In this document: piece by piece, positions 36,001-51,000 of the stretch
How positions within the stretch are numbered: position 1 is the stretch's first letter
Layout of the letters: each line of letters begins with the position of its first letter
DNA from: an uncultured Planctomycetota bacterium
GTDB taxonomy: Bacteria; Planctomycetota; Planctomycetia; Isosphaerales; Isosphaeraceae
DNA length: 64,000 bases
Direction of reading: 5' to 3'
NCBI GenBank assembly: GCA_963823665.1
Contig: CAWGMQ010000008.1
Span: 288,001 to 352,000, forward strand
Made by a program: the position numbers and the translations under genes
The notes under the pieces: generated by a model
What the model was told of the DNA's origin: nothing
The model's input: the letters and a program-made list of their open reading frames with translations, nothing else
Database searches by the model: none

Positions 36001-39000
36001 CGGTACGCCGGTCGAGCAGGTGCGCATCACGCAGCAGCTCGACCCCAACCTCGACCCGCGCAGCTTCCGCCTGGGGGACCTGCAGCTTGGCGACCTCTCG
36101 ATCCAGATCCCCAGCGGTCTGGCCACGTTCCAGGGCGACTTCGATTACACCGAATCGAACGGTTTCATCCTGCGCGTCAGCGCCGGCATGGATCTGGACA
36201 CCGACACGGTCACCTGGCTCTTGCAGGCGATTGACCCCAACACCGGTGAGGTGCTGCAAAGCGCCACCGAGGGGCTGCTGCTGGCCGGCCAGACCGGCTT
36301 CGTCGGCTACACCATCGAGCCGCTCGCCGGTCTGGCCACCGGCACGCAGATCAGTGCCGACGCCACCGTGCTGTTCGACAACGCCCCGCCCATGGACACC
36401 GGAACGCTGACCCAGACCATTGACGGCACCGCCCCGACCACGACCTTGACTGCGACCCCGCTCACGCCCGGCAGTTCCAACTACCAGGTCACCTGGAATG
36501 CCGTGGATGATGCAGGCGGCTCCGGCGTCGCCAGCGTGACGGTCTACGTCGCCGAGGATGGCGGCGATTATCAGATCTGGCTCGACCAGACGCAGGACAC
36601 CACCGACGTGTTCCAGGGAGACCCCGGCCACACCTACCAGTTCCTGGCGCTGGCCACCGACAACGCCGGCAACATGGAGCAGCCGCCCAGTGGCGTTTCC
36701 ACACCTTCCGACGGCTCGCAGCCGAACCTGGGCGCGTTGCCCACCGTGCCCCAGACGCCGACCAATGTGCCGCCGGCCCCGCCCACGCCGCCGGTCACGA
36801 CCAATACGCCCAATCCGCTGTTCACCCAGGCGCAGCAGGGCATTCCATCGTCCCAGCCAGCCGGCAACCGATCGGAGTTCACGACCGTCCTGGCGCCGTT
36901 CCAGGCCGAGGCGTTCGCCACGGGCATCGCCCAGAGCCATGCCAACATCGGCCCGATGGCCATCGTCGTACTGCCCGATGGAAGCGTGCTGATCAGCGGC
37001 GGGCCCGATCGCAACGAGTTGTTCCACCTATCCCAGGAAGGCGGGGCCGTCGGGCGCCGCTCGCCACCCTGCCGTTCCCCATTTACGACATGGCCCTGGA
37101 TGCGCAAGGCAACCTGTGGGCGGCCACCGGCGGTGGCCCGCTGCTGGAAGTTGACCCGGCCACCGGAACCGTCCTGGGCCAGTTCGGCGATAGCCTGACG
37201 CAGGCACTTGCCATTGATCCCGCGTCGGGCCTGATCTACGTTTCCTCGGGCCAGGGCGTCGAAGTCTTCAATCCGGCCACGTCGAGCTTCACGCACTTCA
37301 GCGACTTGCGCGTCGGCAGCCTGGCGTTCAACCCCGCCGACGACAGCCTGTGGGCTGCCTTGTGGCCCGTGGATCAGGGCGACATTATTCGCTTCGACTC
37401 AAGCGGCCAGGCCGAGAAGATGCTGGAGTTCAGCGACGCCGTCAATTCCATCGCCTTCGGCCAGTCCTCGAGCGTCCTGGCCGGCTTGCTTTTCGTAACG
37501 CACGACCAGGACGCCGCCAACCCGACGGGAATTGGCAGTATCATCACGGATTCCAATCCTGCCTACGGGCCCACCGAACTGACCATGGTCGACCTGGCCA
37601 CCATGCAGACGCTGGCGGTGGCCACCGGCGGCACGCGCGGCGATGAGATCACGACCACGCCGGATGGCCGGGTGCTCTTGAGCCAGTCGCTCCAGGTGGA
37701 CGTGCTCGGCCCGATCGTCGCCCCGCGCGTCCTCGCCGTCGATCCACCGCCAGGCGCCGTCGTGGCCTTGCCGCTGGGCAGCATCAGCGTCAGCTTCGAC
37801 CAGGACATGCTGGCCGACAACGCCGCCGATCCCAGCTCGGTGCTCAACCCGAACAACTACGTGCTGGAAGGCAATTCGGCGGGCTATGTGCCCATCATTT
37901 CTGTCACGTACGACGCGAGCACCCGAACGGCCGTGCTGACTTTTAACGCGCTTGCCGCCGACCAGTACTCCCTGCGTGTGCTCACCGGCATGCGCAGCAC
38001 CGAGGGGATCAACCTGGCCCAGGAATACGACTCGACCTTCCTGGCCACCGCAGACCTCTCGTCGGTCATCAACCTCCAGTTCGGACTCTCCCGCAGCGAT
38101 CGCGAGACCGGGACGGTCTCCTTCCTGGTGACCATCACCAACACCAGCACGCACGACCTGCTGCTGCCGGTCGTCCTGCACCTGACGCCCGTGAACCAGT
38201 ACCCCGGCGAGCCGCAGGGCAACGAGGGCAGAGCCCCGGACGGCTCGTGGCTGATTGATCTGAGCGGCGATTTGCCCGCGAGCGGGATCCTGGAACCAGG
38301 GCAGAGCTCCGCCGGCCAGACAATTACCATCGATTCCCCCAATGGCACGCCGGTCGCGTACGATCCGTGGGCCAGCGGCGTGCTCGCCGGCAACGAGGCC
38401 CCGGTCTTTGTCACGAGCCCCGTGACCACGGCAACGGTGGGACAAGAGTATCAATATCAGGCGATTGGTTTTGATCCCGATGGCGACCAGCTCAGCTACC
38501 TGCTCGACGGCGGCCCCGCGGGAATGACGGTCGATCCCGCAACGGGGCTCCTGACCTGGACACCGACCCTCTCCAGCCCGGCTCTGGCCCAGGTGGTGCT
38601 GCAGGTCTACGACTCCTCGGGCACGCCCGCGACCCAGGCTTTCATCGTCCAGGTGCCGGGCGTGAACCCGCCGCCGGCGTTCAACGGTTTGCCGGCCGAG
38701 GTGGATGGCAAGGAAGGTGCGCCTCTGACCCTCGTGGTCCATGCCACCGATCCCAGCGGCGACCTTCTCGCGTACTTTGCCTCCAACCTGCCGCCGGGCG
38801 CGGCCTTCGACCCGACCCAGCAGACGTTCTCGTGGACGCCGGCTTTTGGAGCCGCCGGGACCTATCCCGACGCCGCGTTCACCGTCAGCGACGGCGTGAA
38901 CCAGGTGACTCAGGATGTCACCTTCGTGATCGCCCCGAACCCACAGCCGCCAACCCTGCTGCAACCGTCGCAGACCACCGGCGAGGAAGGCTCGCCCCTC

Positions 39001-42000
39001 CATATTCAGCTCCAGGCCACCGACTTGGGCGACAGCGCGCCGCTCGTGTATTCCAGCACGGACTTGCCCGCCGGTGCGAGTCTGGACCCGAATACCGGCC
39101 TGTTCACGTGGACGCCCGACTATACGCAGCATGGCATCTACCAGGTGGCGTTCACGGTCAGTAACGGACAGGCCAGCGCGACGCAGACGGCCGCGATCGT
39201 TGTGTTCAACGTGAACGCGCCGCCGGTGTTCCAGAATCTGCACGATTTCCAGGTGCTGGAGAACCAGCAGCTCGAGTTCCTGGCGATGGCGTATGACCCG
39301 AATAACCCCGGCTTCGTCGCGCCGACCCTCGACGCGAACGGAACGGTTGTGCCGGGAGACGGCACGCCGGCGACCGTCAGCTACACGGTCAGCGGGCTGC
39401 CGGCCGGAGCGACGTTCAATCCCACTACGCTGCTTTTCGACTGGACGCCGACCTATGAACAATTCGGGCCCTTCAATGTGACGTTCACGGCCACCAACAA
39501 CGGTGACGGCACCGGCGTGGATTTCGAGCGCGTCGGCGACCGTCACGGTTACCGTACTGCCGGTGGACCGTCCGCCGCAGCTCACGCCGATCCCCGACCA
39601 GTCGGTCCCGGGCGGCGCCACGCTGGCCGTGCCTGTCATCGCCACCGACCCGGACGCGGGCGACAAGATCACGCTCACGGTGACCGGATTGCCCTCGTTC
39701 GGCACCTTCACCGACCTGGGCAATGGCAACGGCAGCTTCCAGTTCGCACCGGGGCTCGCCGACAAGGGCAACTACACGATCACGGTGCAGGCAACCGATG
39801 ACGGCAAGGACGGCCTGACCGCGCCGCAGTCCACCCAGGAGAGTTTCGTTCTGGCCGTGCCGGTGGCCAGCGAGCCGCCGCACCTGGACTACGTCGGCGA
39901 CAAGGTGGCGGTCATCGGCAGCCCCTTCCAGTTGACCTTGCAGGCCACCGACCTGGACCAGCAGCCGCTCTCGTTCACAGCCATCGGCTTGCCGGCCGAC
40001 GCGACTCTCTTGCCCAGCTCGATCTACGGCCAGGCAAGTATCAACTGGGTGCCGACGGCCGCCGACGCCGGCGTGTACGGCGTCACGTTCGTGGTCACCA
40101 ACACCGGCAACGGCAATCCTGCCCTGGTCGCCTCCGATCAGCAGACCATCCACCTGGTGGTGCGCACCTCCAATCAGGCCCCGGTGCTGCAAGATCCCGG
40201 GACTCAAACCGTCGCCGAGGGCCAGACGCTCACAGTCAACTTGTCGGCCACCGATCCGGACGGAGACCCGCTGACCTACTCCGTGGCCAATCCGCCCCCC
40301 GGATCGACGTTCGACCCGGCTCACGGTATCTTCACCTGGAAAACCAACCTGATCCAGGCAGGGACATATCCGGACGTGGTATTTGGTGCCAGCGACGGCA
40401 ACAAGACCGCGCTCCAGACCGTCACAATCGACGTCACCGAGACGGACCAGCCGCCGGTCCTGCTTCCGGTCGGCACCCAGACGGGCCGCGAGAACGCTCC
40501 GGTGCAGTTCTCGTTGGCCGCGACCAGCCCGGACAACGACCCGATCACCTTCAGTGCGGCCACGCCGTTGCCCTCCGGCGCCGCGCTCAACCCGCAAACG
40601 GGGCAATTCAACTGGACGCCCGACTACACCCAGTCCGGCAACTACACGGTCACCTTTGCCGCAACCGTTCCCAGCGGTCTGAGCGATACCACGACCGTGT
40701 CCATCCAGATTGCCAACGTCGACCGGCCGCCAACCATCCAGGTGGCCGACCAATCGGTTCTGGTGGGAGTGCCGCTCAGCTTCACCGTCCTGGGCAGCGA
40801 TCCGGATGTGGGCGATGTGCTCTCCTATTCGGCCACCGGCCTGCCCGCCGGGGCCAGCCTGAACCCGAATACCGGCGCCTTCACCTGGACGCCGAGTGCC
40901 GGTCAAGCCGGCGTTTACCCGGTGGTCTTTTCGGTCTCTGACGGCCAGTTGTCGGTGTCGAAAACGGCCGTGATCGATGCCCTCCTGACCAGCCAGGCAC
41001 CGACCGTCACGGTTGAGCTGACGCCCAGCTTTCCGGCGGTGCCGGGCCAGCAGGTCCTGGTTCACGTCAGCGCAACCGGCGTGGCGGCCATCGCGAACTT
41101 GACCCTGACCGAGAACGGTCAGCCTGTGACGCTGGACGCGCAGGGTCGCTATTTCTACACGGCAACCACACCGGGACAGATCACGTTCAACGCGACCGCG
41201 ACCGATGTGGACGGAAATGTCGGCCAGGCCAGCACCGTGGTTCTGGTACGCGATCCCAACGACACCACCGCACCGATGGTGTCGCTCGATCCGGGCTTGA
41301 GTGGCATCGTGCTGACGGCGGCGACGAACGTTGTTGGCACGGTCGCCGACAGTAACCTGGATTCCTGGAGCTTACAGATCGCGCCGGTCGGCAGCTCGGA
41401 CTTCACCACGCTGGCGACCGGCAGCACGCCCGTGGCGAACGCGGCGCTGGCGACCATTGACCCCGGCTCGTTCTTGAACGGCGTCTATCAGCTTCAATTG
41501 ACGGCGACCGACATCGCCGGGCGGACCAGCACGGTTCAGACGACCCTGGAGGTCGACACGGCCACCAAGCCCGGGCAATACCTGCGCTCGGAAACCGATC
41601 TGACAGTCCAGCTTGGCGGCGCGACGGTCGACCTCACCCGCGTCTACGACTCACTGAATCGCAACACGTCGTCCTCGTTCGGCTTTGGCTGGAGCCTGGC
41701 CGTCGAGGACACGAACCTTCAGACCAGCGTGCCGCTCACGGGCAATGAATCCGAGGGCATCTTTAACCCCTTCATCTCGGGCACGCGCGTCTACTTGACG
41801 CTGCCGGACGGCCAGCGAGTCGGTTTCACCTTCACGCCGCAGCGCCACGACCAGACCGGCATCACCTGGTACACGCCCGCCTACACCGCTGATCCCGGCG
41901 TCGACTGGCAGCTCAGCTCGGCCAGTGCCGTCCTGATCCGGGGAGGCAACGGCTTCTACAGTGCCCAGACTGCGCTGCCCTACAACCCGGCCAGCGGCCA

Positions 42001-45000
42001 GTTCGGCGGGCCCCAGTACACGCTGACCGGCCCGGATGGCACGGTGTATCAACTGAGCGCCTCGAGCGGGGTGGTGCAAGAAAACCTGCCGGGCGGCCAG
42101 ATACTTTATTTTAGCGGCAGCGGCATCACGAGCTCCACGGGCGACGCGGTGCGGTTCATCCGTGACGCCGCCGGCCGGATCACGACCATCGAAGCGCCGA
42201 ACGGTGCGCAGGAAGTCTACGAGTACGACGCCCAGGGCAATCTCGTCGAAGCGCACAACACCGTTTCTGGCCAGAGCAGCAACTACGGCTACGCAGCCGG
42301 TGACCCGCACCTGCTGACGCTGGCCACCGCCTCGGCCACCGGCAGCGGTGCTGCCGTGTTCTACGGTCCCACGGTGCAGGTCGTGCCCCTGACTGCCAAC
42401 CTGGGCGGCACCAGTCAGTTCCTGGCCGGGAATTTTGCTGGCTCGCTGACGGCGGGCGCGACCGACTCGTTCGCCTTCCTGCTCACGGCCTCGGAAGTCG
42501 CCTCGACCAGCAACGGTACCGTACTGGTGGGAATCGACATCCAGGCTGCTTCCGGCAGTGCGGTGCAGCCGGCGGTACCGGCCATTGCCGGATTGACCAC
42601 CCTGGTCCAGCATACCGGCTCGGGCAGCGCCTTTGGCCTGTTTGCGATCAGCCGCGCAGGGTTAGAGCTGCTCCAGTTTGCGGGCGGAAGCGCGAGCACG
42701 GCGGGCGGGTACACACTGCAAGTGTTCATCGCAGGTGACGCCAACCAGGACGGGGACGTCAATGGTGCCGACGGCACGCTGGTCGCCGGTCTCGTCGGCA
42801 CGAGCGCCGGGCAATCAGGTTACATCCTGGCGGCCGACGGCAACCGCGACGGGGTCATCGACGCGGCCGACGTGCAGCTTGTGGCCGCCAACTTCGGCTT
42901 CCGGGCGACCCAGCCGCCGGTGGTCCAGGCCGGCGCGGTCATGACCCACGCCGGTCTGCCGGTCCAGTTTAACCTGGCGCCGCTGGCGACCGATCCGCAG
43001 GGCGAACCCGTCTTCTTTACCATCGTCGGGGCCGTCAACGGCACGGCGACGCTCAACCCCGACGGCAACACGGTCACGTTCATCCCAGCCTCCGGTTTCA
43101 CCGGCACTGCTCAATTCCAGTTCGAGGCTGATGACGGCCAGGAGGTGTCGACGCCGGCGACAATCACGGTGACCGTCAGCGCCGCGCCGCTCTTGAGCCT
43201 GGATTTCCAGACCCGCGAGCCGCGGCTGGGCTTGGGCGGCGGCACGCAGATCGTCGCGGTCGGCAATTTCGCGGACGAGCAGGGAGTGGTCCTGGACCCG
43301 TCCTACGTGAGCTTCCAGTCGACCAATCCCGCGGTGGCAACGGTAACGCCGCTGGGCGCGCTGGCCGGTCTGAGCGACGGAACGAGCATCCTCATCGTTT
43401 CCGCCCAGGGTTTGCAGGCCGAGACCGCCGTCACGGTGGGGCCCGTCACCAGCTTATCTCCTCTCGACCAGACGCTGTACAACGAAGGCATCAATACCTA
43501 CCCGCTGGCGGTGGCGCTGAGCGCCCTCGGCGGCACGCGGCAGTTCGACGTACATCCGGTGGGCGACATCAACCTGACGACGGACCTCAGCACGGCCAGC
43601 TCGGGCACGCAGTATTTTGTCAGCCCTCCCGGCATCGTGACGATCACGCCCGACGGGCTGATGTCCGCCGTGAGTCCCGGGCAGGCGACGGTGACGATCA
43701 TCAACGGCCCGGCCGAGACCGTCATCCCCGTGCTCGTGCAAACGCCCCACACCGGCACGGTGACGGTTGGCGCCGGCGGTGGCGTGGTGGAAGGCAGTGA
43801 CGGATCGATCGTCGCGGTCCCGCCCGGCGACCTGGCCACCGCCACGCCGGTCAGCATCACCCCGGCGACAGAGGCCAGCCTGCCCCAGATCTTGCCCGAC
43901 GGCATCACCTTCGCGGGCGCGTTCAACCTGAACATCGGCGACTCGGGTGTCAGCGTCCCCGTGCAGCTCGCCATCCCGGTGGCTCCGGGTACGCCGGTGG
44001 GCACGACCGTGTACTTCTATCGGGCCGGGCAATTCTTGAACGCCGACGGCACGACCCAGCCGATCTGGTGGCAGGTCGAGTCCGGAACGGTCGAGTCCAA
44101 CGGCATGGCCTACACGCACTCGCCGCCGGAACAGGGAGTCGCCAACAGCGGCTACTACCTGTTGGGCTACGGCACGGAAGAACTGTCCGACTTCGAAATG
44201 GAGCTCAACCAGGATCAGATCGAAGGCGCGGAGGCCGGCCAGCTCGACGTCAGCGTTGCCATCGACGGCGCCAACGGCTCGCTGACGGGGGCGATGGCAT
44301 CGGTGGACGAGAGCGACATCGATGCCACCCTGGCCGTGCCGGCCGAGCCCGAGCCGACGCCCGTCGTCATTTCCATCCTGGAGCAGGCTTCGTTGCCATC
44401 GATCACCACCTACGACGTTCAGCTCGAGCCCGGCCAGGTCAGCACCTTCTCGTCGTCGATCACCGTGCCGCCGCCGCTCGTCGTGAACGCCCCGAAGATC
44501 GACAATGTCTCGCTCGCCGGCACCACGCAAGCTCCCGAAGTCCAGATCGACGGCTCCGGTTTCGTGAGCGCGACCAGTTCATTGCCGCTAGAGGTCAATT
44601 TTGAACTGGCCAACGGTCAGACGATTATGGCGACCGCCGGCCAACCCGGGAACCCCGACCAGTTGACGCTTCCCGTGCCCGACGGAGTGACCCTGGGCAT
44701 CAGCCAGATTACCGTGTTGCTGCCCAACACGGTTTACGACCCCGACCCCAGCGCACTCAACGGTTCCATGGCGAGCGTCCAGTATATCGGCAGTAACCCG
44801 GCCCAGTTCAATCCGGCCGGCAATTACACCTTTGTGGCCTTGCCGGAGGGCAACAGCGGCGGGGGAGCGCTGGCGGTGCTCGACAACGATTCGACCGACG
44901 TCAATTCACCCAGCAGCGACTTTGGCAACGTCCTCACGGAAATCCCGCTCGGCACCAGCGAGCAACCCACGTCCCCACGCGATGTGGCCATCACACCGGA

Positions 45001-48000
45001 CGATAGCCGTGCCTATGTCACCCTGGAAGGGTCGGGGCAGGTCGCGGTCGTTGACACCATCACGCTCCAGGAAGTGAATGTCCACCCCGGCAATTCAGCC
45101 GCCGCGACGGCCAGCACTCAGTCGATTCCCGGGCCCGTGACCCTGGACCCATCCCTGAACCTGACCCAGATCACCGGCCCGACCGCCATTCGCGGCACCA
45201 TCACCGACGTGCCCGGTTTCGACCACTGGTCTCTGCAGCTAGGTCAATGGACCAGCACGTTCACACCAGTCGAGGGCATCCCGAGCCTCCCGAACGGATT
45301 GATACCGCTCGCTGCAGGCATAAGCAGTTCCTCGTCGCAATCGAGCGAAGTCCTGGCCAATCTCGATCCCACGGCACTTGGCATTCCGAATGGTTTCTAC
45401 GTGTTGCAGTTGACCGCCTTTGACGCGAACAACGACGCCATCGGCCAGCCGAGTCAGGTCTTGATCGGCGTGGACGCCAAGAGCACGGTGATCGACCTGC
45501 CGCTGGGCGCCGAACCTTATGGCATCGCCATCGATCCTCAGGGGAATTACGCCTACGTCGCCGACGCGCGGCCTTACGCCGTACCGGACGACTACGTGGC
45601 TCCCGAGGGTAACGTGGCTCCGCCGCCGGGTTCGCCGATGTCCCAGGTGTATGTCATCGACATCAACCCCGCCTCGCCAACGTACAACCAGGTCGTCGAG
45701 ACGATTCAGATCGTCGTGTCCGGACTACTGCCGGATGGCAGCGGTTTGCCGAACGTGGTCGGCGGCGTGAACGGCTTGATCGCGCCTGACGGCTTGCAGG
45801 AAATAACGGTCAGCCCGGATGGCAACCAAGTGGACGTGGCCGCCCCCAACTTCAGCCCCGATCCCAACGGTGGACCGTATGACGAGCTCGACGGCAATCT
45901 CATCGAGATCAACCTGACGACCGTAGGTAATTTTAAGCCCCCCACGTACAGCGTGATCGCGATCCCCGGGGGTGAGGGGACCTTCGGCGTGGCGGTCGCA
46001 CCGACGCCTGACGCGTCGCAGTCAGGTGAACCGCCCACGTACCCGGTCGCCTTCACCAACCCCGAGTCAGACGCCACGGGAGTCGAAGTGGTGGACCTGG
46101 CCGCCGACACCAAGACCGTGATCCCGCTCGATCTGGATCCAGCCGACGACCCCAACAACCCCTTGTACGATACGGTTCAGGATAACCCCGACTACTCCGA
46201 CGCCACCTATCTCGAAGCCCACAATGCCGGCGGCATTGTGTTCTACACGGCGCCGAATGGCACCCTTTTCGCCTTCGTGGCTGGGCGTGCCGATCAGGTG
46301 ACCTCGGTCGTCGGCGGCGGATTCGACGGCGACAACTTGAGCGCCTCAGTGGTCAGTGGTTACCTCGATCAGGATCAGAATCCGCTGTACGAAGACGGCA
46401 ACGTCGCCATTATCGAGAACCCCCTCGGCAATCCCACGGGCGATGTCAATCAGCGGCCGGTGGTCGTCGCGGCCACCCGCCCGGTTCCGTACGGCTATCC
46501 GGTGGACCTGGCCCTCACCCCGCCCGACGCCTCAGGTAATCAGTACCTCTATGTCAGCTACCAGGGACTGCCCACCGCGAGCGTGACCGGTTCAGGAACT
46601 TCTTTTGGCCTGGGTGCCGTGTTCGTCTTCAACGCCACGGCCATGATCGAAATGGTGACGACGCTGTCGCAAACGCAATCCGGCAGCCTGATCCTCGATC
46701 AGGTTCCGGTCGACAGTATCACGATGTTGGCGGACGGCGATTATGAAGAGGCGGTCAACACGACCATCGACGTCAGGGCCGCGTACGCGCAATATGACGC
46801 CCAGTTAACCGATTCCGACGGCAATCCGATCACCGAGGAGGTATTCGGCGTTCCTCCCGACGATACCGCCAACGCCCCGATCGCCACCGGCGGCTTCCCC
46901 GGCGGCATCGCCATCGAAACCGGACCCGCACCCGAGATCACGGTGCTTCAACCCACGCCCGTCGCCAGCGGCGGCAGCAGCACCATCGAGCTCGTAGCGA
47001 ACAACATCATTCAGATCACCACCACGGTGGACTCGATCAACAAGAGTGTATCCACCAGCGGCGGAACGTTTGATTTTTCGCTCGACACTCCGGCGGTGGT
47101 CACCCTCTCAATCCAGGACTCGACCACGGACGAAGACGTCGACGTCGAAAATATTCCAGATCCAACTGGCGGGAGCGAAGATTTCCAGGACGGAATATCG
47201 CTGACCGCGGGCACTTACAAAACTACCCTGGCGAGCCTTGGCGGACAGGAGACGCCGGGAACCTATGACTTTAGCCTGACGGCCACGGCCGCGAATGGAA
47301 AATCCACGACGGTCACCGGAACGATCATTCTCACATTCCAGGAGAATGCCAGCCTGCCGATCGGCCATACCATCATCGACGGCGTGGACATCTTCGACGG
47401 CCACTTGACCGTCTCCAGCACGGACGTCACGATTCCCGGGCGCGGGTTGGACCTGGATTTCACCCGCACCTATTCCAGCTCCGGCAACTCAAGCGCCGGG
47501 CCGCTCGGTGCCGGCTGGACCGACAGCTACAACGTCCAACTTGTCCAGAACAGCAGCGGCACCTACACCATCATCGGCGGCGACGGCAGCGGCAACACCT
47601 TCAGCGCCGCCTCGCAGTCCAACCCCACGCTGGCTCAGGAATTCGGCCTGCCTGCTGCCGATTGGAACGCCGCCCGCTTCTACGCGCCCCAGGTGGGCTA
47701 TCACTCGACGCTGGTACAACCCAACCCGGAACAGGACCCGACGAAGTTCTATTTCTACACGACCGACCACACGCTGTACGACTTCGAGCTGCAGCCCGGT
47801 CTGTCGGAGTCGCAGTCGGTCTACACCCTGCGCTACATCCAGGACTCGAACGGCAACCGCGTCAGCCTGTACTACAGCGACGACCCGACCGGTGCGCTCC
47901 CGGCAGACCCCAATCTGCAGGCCGATCTCAACGGGCCTCCGCTCACCTTGGCTGTAATCGAAGACTCCTCCGGCCGCGCTCTGGTTCTTACGTATAGTTA

Positions 48001-51000
48001 TATTGCAAATTCTTATCGCATCGTGCAACTCACCGGCTACGACCCGTCCGGCAGCAATTTGCTGGGGCTGGCGGTTGATTACGGCTACGACCAGTGGGGC
48101 AATCTGACCAGCGTCGTTCGTGTCGACCCCACAACGCCCGGCGACGTTCTTCAGAAAGAGAGCTACACCTACTCTCCCGGCCTGGGCGTCACCGGGCACA
48201 ACCTGCTGACCTATACCGCTCCCGACGGCTATGACGCGCACGGGGCCCCAGTCAGCGGGGGATCCAATCCGACTGCTGCCTTCGGCCTGGATATCGGCGC
48301 CGACGCGAGCGGCGACGGCGATTTCACCACGACCTATACCTGGTATAGCCTCGACGCTCTAGGCAAGCCAATCGTGGGGGAAGGCTTCGTCACGTCGAGT
48401 GACGGTATCAGTGCTTACACCGGTGGTTATTCTTTGCTGCCGTCCGGCTTTGCGCAGGTTCCCGGCTATAGCCAGTTCTTCGGCGTTCCCCTCTACGAGA
48501 TGGTTGAATCCGTGACGCAGCCGGGCGGAGTGACGAATGTCAGCACGCCCGATTCGTTCTCCACCATCACCTTTACGTACAACACGGACGCAGGTACGCG
48601 GGTCGTGACCAATCCGAACCCGACCATGATCCCGCCGACGACGTACACCGTGGACAGCTACGGCGCCACCACGGAAATCGATGCCCCGACAATTGCGAAT
48701 CAGGGCCCCAACATCACCAAAATGACCTGGGCGGACCCGGCTTCTCCTGATCCGGCCGCCTTTTGTGCTGTCGATGGCGCGCTCACCGCAAATGAATTGC
48801 AGGGCATCGATGTGGAAATGGTCTCGGAAACAGACGCCGAGGGCCAGATCACCTCGTACGTCTACGATGTCAACGGCAACATCGTGAAGACAACGATCAG
48901 CTTCGCGGGCATGAATGGTTCGACGTATCTGCCGGTCACCGAGGCCGATGGAACCACGCCGGTCGCCGGTAACGACGTCGTCACCAGTTACACCTACGAC
49001 CCCATCTTCAACGTGATGACCAGCGAAACGGACGCCGACGGCCACACAACGTACGATATCTACGACAGCACGTATGAGCAGATGAATTCGACCCAGCCGA
49101 CCGGGGCCCGGCCGCCCGGCTTCACGGGTCACGACACGGGCAACCTGCTCGAAACCATCGATGCCGTCGGCGATACGACCACCTACACCTACGCGACCGT
49201 CAGTGCCTACAACGGTACCGACGGACCGGGCGACTTGACGTCCGTTACAGACCCGCGCGGCCTCGTGACGACCTACCTGTCCTACGACGCTTACGGCAAT
49301 GCCACGAACATTGTCGATGCCAACGGGAACTACACCACGCAAACGTTTGACGTGCGCAGCCGGATGACCTCGCAGACAACCTTCGGCACGCAGACCATCT
49401 CGGGCCCGACCACGGTTTCTCCCGTCGACGCCGGCGGGGTCGCTCAGTCGACCACCGTCTACGTCTACGACGGCCTGGACCGAGTGGTTCGCCAGGTGGA
49501 GATCGACGACCTGGACCCGGCAGATAACGCGTTCTCGCGGCCGCAAGATTCAGGCTTGCCGGCAATGACTCTGCTTGGCGGCGAGGTGGCCCAGGCGACG
49601 AGCACCGTGCTGTCTCAAACCACGTGGGCCGAAGAGACCATCAACCAGTACCTGCCGGGCGGCCAGCTTGCGGAAACCATCAACGGGCTGGGATTGGTGA
49701 CCCAGTACCAGTATGACAACGGCAACCGAGTCCTCGTGGAAACCCAGAGCGGCTTCATGCTGGCGCCCAAACCGGTGCCCGTCCCGGTGGCGACGCAGTA
49801 CGTGACCACGTATGCCTACGACCAGAACAATAACGTAACGCAGGAAACCGATCCGCGCAAAATCACGACCATGTACTACTACGACAACTTGAATAACCTC
49901 TACCGCACCGACGTATACTCGGTGCCCGGCCAGAACGAAATGACCGAGACGACGTTGACCAGCTATGACCTTGTAGGCAACAAGCTCACCTCGTCCGACA
50001 TTCACGGCAATGTGACGACCTACGAATACGACCGTCTCTATCGCCTGGTAGCGACGGTGTTACCCGTGGATGGGCCGACACCAGGCCTGGCCGCCAAGGT
50101 CACGACGGCATACGACCCCGTCGGCAACGTGGTCATTCAGACCGACGCCAACGGCAAGGCGACCATCTCGGTGTACGATAACGCGAACCGACTGAAAATC
50201 CAGACCGACCCCCTGGGTAACGAGATCGAATACACTTATGATCAAGACGGCAATGTCACCCTGGAGGTTCACGAAAGCCCTCTAGACGAAACGCCCGAAG
50301 GTCCGAACAAGGGCGGCACGGACCAGGTCACTTCTGTTGTCTTCAACACGTACGACAATCTGAACCGTCCCCTCGAGATGGACCAGTACGTGGTTCTTGG
50401 CGACCCGACGGTCCTGGGTTCCCCGCCGATCCCAGCGGGGCCGGCAGGACACACCTCGATCGGCACTGACCAGGCAGTCTACGTGACGGCCTACCAGTAC
50501 GACGACCGTGACAACACGGTGCTCACCACGGACCCGCGCGGCAAAGAAACCCTGGACCAGGACGATGGACTCGACCGTCTCGAAAGCGAAATCGTGGACG
50601 ACGGCATCGGCGGTCTCAAGCTCAAGACGACTTACACGTACGACGCCGACGGTAACCAGGCTTCCGTGACGGACCCGACGGGCAGCACCACGGCGTCGCT
50701 CTATGACGGGCTGGACCGGCTGATCGTCACCACCTATCCAAAGCTGAGCAACGGTGTGCAATACACCGAGATGTACTATTACGACGGTGACAACTACCAG
50801 ATCGCGTATATTAACCAGCGCGGCATCATTTTCACCACCGGCTACGATAACCTCAACCGCGTGGTCGCCCAGAACGTCGTGGAATTTAGCGGAGTGCTGC
50901 AAACACTCACCGCCACAACGTACGACGACAAGGGCGTGCCGGCCGGCGCGTACATGACCTACAGCGTGACCGTGACCGACGCGAACGGCAACCCGACCAT

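Noticed and set aside
33596..41065. Minus-strand ORFs of 1143, 790 and 526 aa
   Set aside because: Antisense shadows of the giant gene.
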